From: Podarcis muralis
Lineage: Eukaryota
Direction: 5' to 3'
Assembly (NCBI RefSeq): GCF_964188315.1
Contig: NC_135670.1
Coordinates: 6,634,001 to 6,698,000 of the forward strand
DNA: 64,000 bases
In this document: positions 59,778-64,000 of the stretch, in pieces
How positions within the stretch are numbered: position 1 is the first letter of the stretch
Layout: each line of letters starts with the position of its first letter
Made by a program: the position numbers and the translations under genes
The notes under the pieces: model-generated
Seen by the model: the letters and a program-made list of their open reading frames with translations, nothing else
Told to the model about the DNA's origin: nothing
Databases searched by the model: none

Positions 59778-59915
59778 GGTTGGATAGTGTTCTCGAAGCT
59801 ACAAACATGAGTCTGACCAAACTGTGGGAGGCAGTGGAAGACAGGAGTGCCTGGCGTGCTCTGGTCCAGGGGGTCACGAAGAGTCGGACATGACTAAATG
59901 ACTAAACAACAAAAA
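59778..59915 (+). mobile_element. Short Bov-B 3' end with 15-bp TSD
   Basis: TSD atgttaaatcaatat 59763-59777 / 59916-59930. Confidence 0.9.
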
Positions 59916-59937
59916 ATGTTAAATCAATATCGATAGA

Positions 59938-60177
59938 NNNNNNNNNNNNNNNNNNNNNNNNNNNNNNNNNNNNNNNNNNNNNNNNNNNNNNNNNNNNNNN
60001 NNNNNNNNNNNNNNNNNNNNNNNNNNNNNNNNNNNNNNNNNNNNNNNNNNNNNNNNNNNNNNNNNNNNNNNNNNNNNNNNNNNNNNNNNNNNNNNNNNNN
60101 NNNNNNNNNNNNNNNNNNNNNNNNNNNNNNNNNNNNNNNNNNNNNNNNNNNNNNNNNNNNNNNNNNNNNNNNNNNNN
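59938..60177. other. Assembly gap
   Basis: Run of n. Confidence 1.
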
Positions 60178-60684
60178 AATGATTGAGTTGAGGATGGAGG
60201 AGAAATGGAATTCAGTAGAGATTTACAAGGAAATCTATTGAATTCACACTTTCTAAACCAACATGAGAACCAAAGGACAGCTATCCTTTGAAATTTGCAC
60301 CTATCCAAACAATCCTTGCAAATAGTTTCCTTTTCAATATATATATTTAAAAATATCAAAACACAAATACTGCAGACCTGGAGCATAATTATGTTTAAAA
60401 GCATCTGAAAGTCACATGGATCGAAAACGGGGGTTGTACCCAACTGAGTTATACACAGAGTTAGAACCATGGAAATTAATGGGCCTAAGTTAGACATGCC
60501 CATTAATTTCAACCGGTCTGCTCTGATTTGGACTAGCAGTGGATACAACTGAGATGGACTTCTTCATCCTTCAACTGCAGTCTGGATTTTGTCCAAGCAG
60601 GAATGGAAGAATCAAACAAAAAATGACCACCCAGTATCCTGAAACCAGAAAAAAACAATCTAGAGTTTCAAGTCATACAACTGA

Positions 60685-60740
<56 letters not shown>

Positions 60741-60873
60741 CCAGTTAGGGATGCGGGATGTACGGTAATACTTCTGCCTGTAAACCTGGTGAGCTGCTTC
60801 TAGTCACTGTTGGCAATAGTAGGCTAGATGAAACAGTGGTCTAACTTGATATTGAACAGCTTCCTGTGTGACT

Positions 60874-61346
60874 TGTTGTTTAGTCGTTTAGTCGTGTCCG
60901 ACTCTTCATGACCCCATGGACCAGAGCACACCAGGCACTCCTGTCTTCCACTGCCTCCCGCAGTTTGGTCAAACTCATGCTGGTAGCTTCGAGAACACTG
61001 TCCAACCATCTCGTCCTCTGTCGTCCCCTTCTCCTTGTGCCCTCAATCTTTCCCAACATCAGGGTCTTTTCCAGGGAGTCTTCTCTTCTCATGAGGGGGC
61101 CAAAGTATTGGAGCCTCAGCTTCAGGATCTGTCCTTCCAGTCAGCACTCATGGCTGATTTCCTTCAGAATGGAGAGGTTTGATCTGCTTGCAGTCCATGG
61201 GTCCCTCAAGAGTCTCCTCCAGCACCAGAATTCAAAAGCATCGATTCTTCGGAGATCAGCCTTCTTTATGGTCCAGCTCTCACTTCCATACATCACTACT
61301 GGGAAAACCATGGCTTTTACTATACGAACCTTTGTTGGCAAGGTGA
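60874..61346 (-). mobile_element. Bov-B LINE 3' end
   Basis: Bov-B peptides; TSD tgtgact. Confidence 0.9.
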
Positions 61347-62607
61347 TGTGACTACAGTTCCCATAATCCTTGATGAGTGACCTTGTTGGCTAGGGTGGAT
61401 GGCTGTTGGAGTTCACAATATCTAGAGGGCACCATGATGCCTACTCATCATATACTGAGTTGGCACATTTGTCTGTTTCACTCAGAATTGTCAACAGTCA
61501 CTCTACACCAAGGGTGAAGAACCTCTGGCCCTCCAGATATTGCAGGCCTCCAACTCCCATCAGCCTCGGTTATTGGGACTGATAGGAGCTGAAGTCCAAC
61601 AACATCTAGAAGCCTACACCAAAGCCTACACCAAACTTGAGTGAGAAACCTGGACATGTTGGCTTTTTTAAAGACAAATCATGGACTCATGTAAGCTTCC
61701 TTCTTAAACTTTTGTTGAAGAAATGCAAACCGGTTTGAAGACTCATTAAGCAGGCTGCAATTTTCCCCTCAGAAGCGGGCGGCATCAGCAGTACTGCTAA
61801 TGAAGGCACACCAACTTATGTCCAAGACAAAACAACCTCCAGGCTAAGATTCTGCTGAGAAGGTAAACAAATAGACAACTTTGTTGTGGGTTGAATTAGC
61901 AAACGTACCAATGTAGAGGTGCTTCTTTTCTTCATTTAATTGTCTGTGTCTTTGAACCTTTGTTTCTCACCTCGTTGGCCCACAATAGGCATTAAATAAA
62001 GCCGTTTAAAATACTTGAAGGCTATGTTATGGAAATCAGATCACATTATAACCATTTGAAATATGCATCAGGGCATCTCTTTATTTTCTGGTATGCATAT
62101 CAGGAGAGTCACCTTGCAGATCTGTTCCGTAGGTGCTCTGAACATCGTAGAAAGTGCAAAATATTTATAAAGGAATAGTCCCTTCCTCAAATATACTGGA
62201 AAAATACAAAAAGATTCATGAATATTTCAAATAAGTTTGTTCTTTTAAAATCAGCTTATCTAGCAGTTTCCTTGGCATTGCACGGGGGTCTGTGGTTACA
62301 CATTTTAGGACATTTTCTTGAAAATTATTCTTGTGGTTAGAGCAGAATATGAACCAAGCAAATGCCACCCTCAGCGCCCAATCTTTCATTGCATACACGC
62401 TTGCTGACAAGAACAAAGCTTTGACAATTATCCAGAAGTCTAGGCCTTAAACCAAATAATAGAAATCTAAAATTGAATGCAAAACTTAACCTACAAATCT
62501 ACAACTACAGTTCCCAGCATCCTTTGGGGTAAGCCATGACTGTTTAAGGTGGTATCATGGTGCTTTAAACTTTATTTTCACTTGTTGTTACCCGCTCTGA
62601 GCCCACA

Positions 62608-62662
<55 letters not shown>

Positions 62663-63320
62663 CAGCCTGTAACTGTCTTGGATTTGCATTTAAATATTCT
62701 TTTTCACCTATGGATTACAAAAAAGTTGGATGTTTTTCCTGTTTCTGAAATTACTTTGAGATATTTCATAGCAGGGCTGTCAACTCCCAATATTTGTCAG
62801 TGGGGGCTGAGCCTTCTCAATGTTTGTCTGCATGTCGCGTGAGGCATCACAATGTTGTATGTCAGCCTTTCTCAACCTGTGGGTCCCCGGATGTTGTTGA
62901 ACTGCAACTCCCATCACCCCTAGCTAACAAGGCCAGAGCTCAGGGATGATGGGAGCTGTAGTCCAACAATATCTGGGAACCCACATTTTGAGAACCAGAC
63001 CCGGTACCCAGGCATGACACTGTCGCATGTGATGTCCAGGCTTCGCACAGTCAAGCAAGCCAGAAATGTGGAGTTCCTCCTTCTCCTCCTGCCATGGAAG
63101 GGAAGCAGCCCATGGCCCATGGTGGCTGTAGCAGCAGCAGCAGGAGGAGGAGCCACCAGCCATGAAAGCAGTGCTGCCACACGATGCCTGGACGTCATGC
63201 GTAATGGCATCGCATCAAATGTCCGGGCGTCACACACAACTTTGTAATGTCACACACAGTGCCTGGACACACTGTTGCGGCATCATGCCCCTCACCCCAT
63301 CTCTTTCCTGAGTCGGTGCG

Positions 63321-63793
63321 TGTCAGGGACTGGACTGAGGCGGAATGGTGGGAGCCCCTGAACCTTCCCAAAGGCAGCAGGACAGTATTGATTTAGAACA
63401 GTGGTTTGCAGAGGGGCATAGTCCAGAGGGGGAAAGCTGGGAAATACCGGGTGAGGAGCAGATAGAAGAGGAAACACTAGGAGACAGACAGCTGGCTGAT
63501 TCAGTGTCCTTGGACAGCAATCATGAAGCCCCTCCTTCCCCTAAGACTAGACGGGCTTGGGAAATGATGGAACAGAAAGCGCATTGGCAACAAGCTCAGA
63601 TTACCCAATGTGGGAGTGATGTAGATTAATGGGGACGGAGGGGGTGAACCTGAACTGGGAGCCACACCATTTTTTAGCGTGCTATGCCTTCCGCTGTGAT
63701 GATTAAAGAACTTATCTGGTAAGAACTCTCCTTTCATTTGATCTGCTTAATTACTGCCACCAGGGGAGGGATCCGATTTCCCGAAACCTGACA
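63321..63793 (+). mobile_element. Putative solo LTR
   Basis: TGTCAG...CTGACA termini and an ATTAAA near the 3' end; no clear TSD. Confidence 0.55.
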
Positions 63794-64000
63794 GCACACC
63801 TGTTTTGTAGCAAGGAACTCATAAATGGAATGGAATCAAATCGATTAAAAAAAACACAAATCAATAACGTGGAACTTCCGGTGGCAATCATTTTATTTGT
63901 GGGATCAAAGAGTAAGCTGGCAGATGGCCAGAGCAGATGGCCAGGAAATCCTAAACAGATGGATGAAACCCACAATGAATATGCACCCACACCGCAATTA

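Noticed and set aside
60689-60738. Microsatellites (CA)n, (TTA)n 62610-62660 and (AGAT)n 58275-58343
   Set aside because: Common simple repeats, mostly retroposon tails.

Overview
Eukaryotic (squamate, most likely lacertid lizard) genomic DNA from the corneous beta-protein (CBP, 'beta-keratin') cluster of the epidermal differentiation complex. Taxon is inferred from Sauria SINE, Bov-B, Squam2/Squam3-like SINEs and the lizard-type CBP sequences. Seven intact single-coding-exon CBP genes are visible, each with a candidate TATA box, short non-coding exon 1 and one intron. Five are near-identical Gly/Tyr-rich paralogues in alternating orientation, labelled here A1(+) 5386, B1(-) 14806, A2(+) 22796, B2(-) 33303 and A3(+) 38923. 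There is also a divergent Gly-rich gene C(+) 51433 and a small Cys-rich gene D(-) 55265. A genes and B genes have unrelated promoters and introns but share a homogenised block that begins exactly 72 nt upstream of the ATG. B2 and A3 form a ~2.3-kb inverted repeat around both of their promoters. Each A gene is followed by a stranded 3' half of another CBP gene. The intergenic DNA is dense in retroposons (L1, L2, CR1, RTE/Bov-B, Penelope with a hammerhead-like motif, SINEs) and Tigger/mariner/hAT MITEs, with several fold-back palindromes and four N gaps. All family calls and alignments were made by eye without database searches; coordinates of degenerate repeats are approximate.
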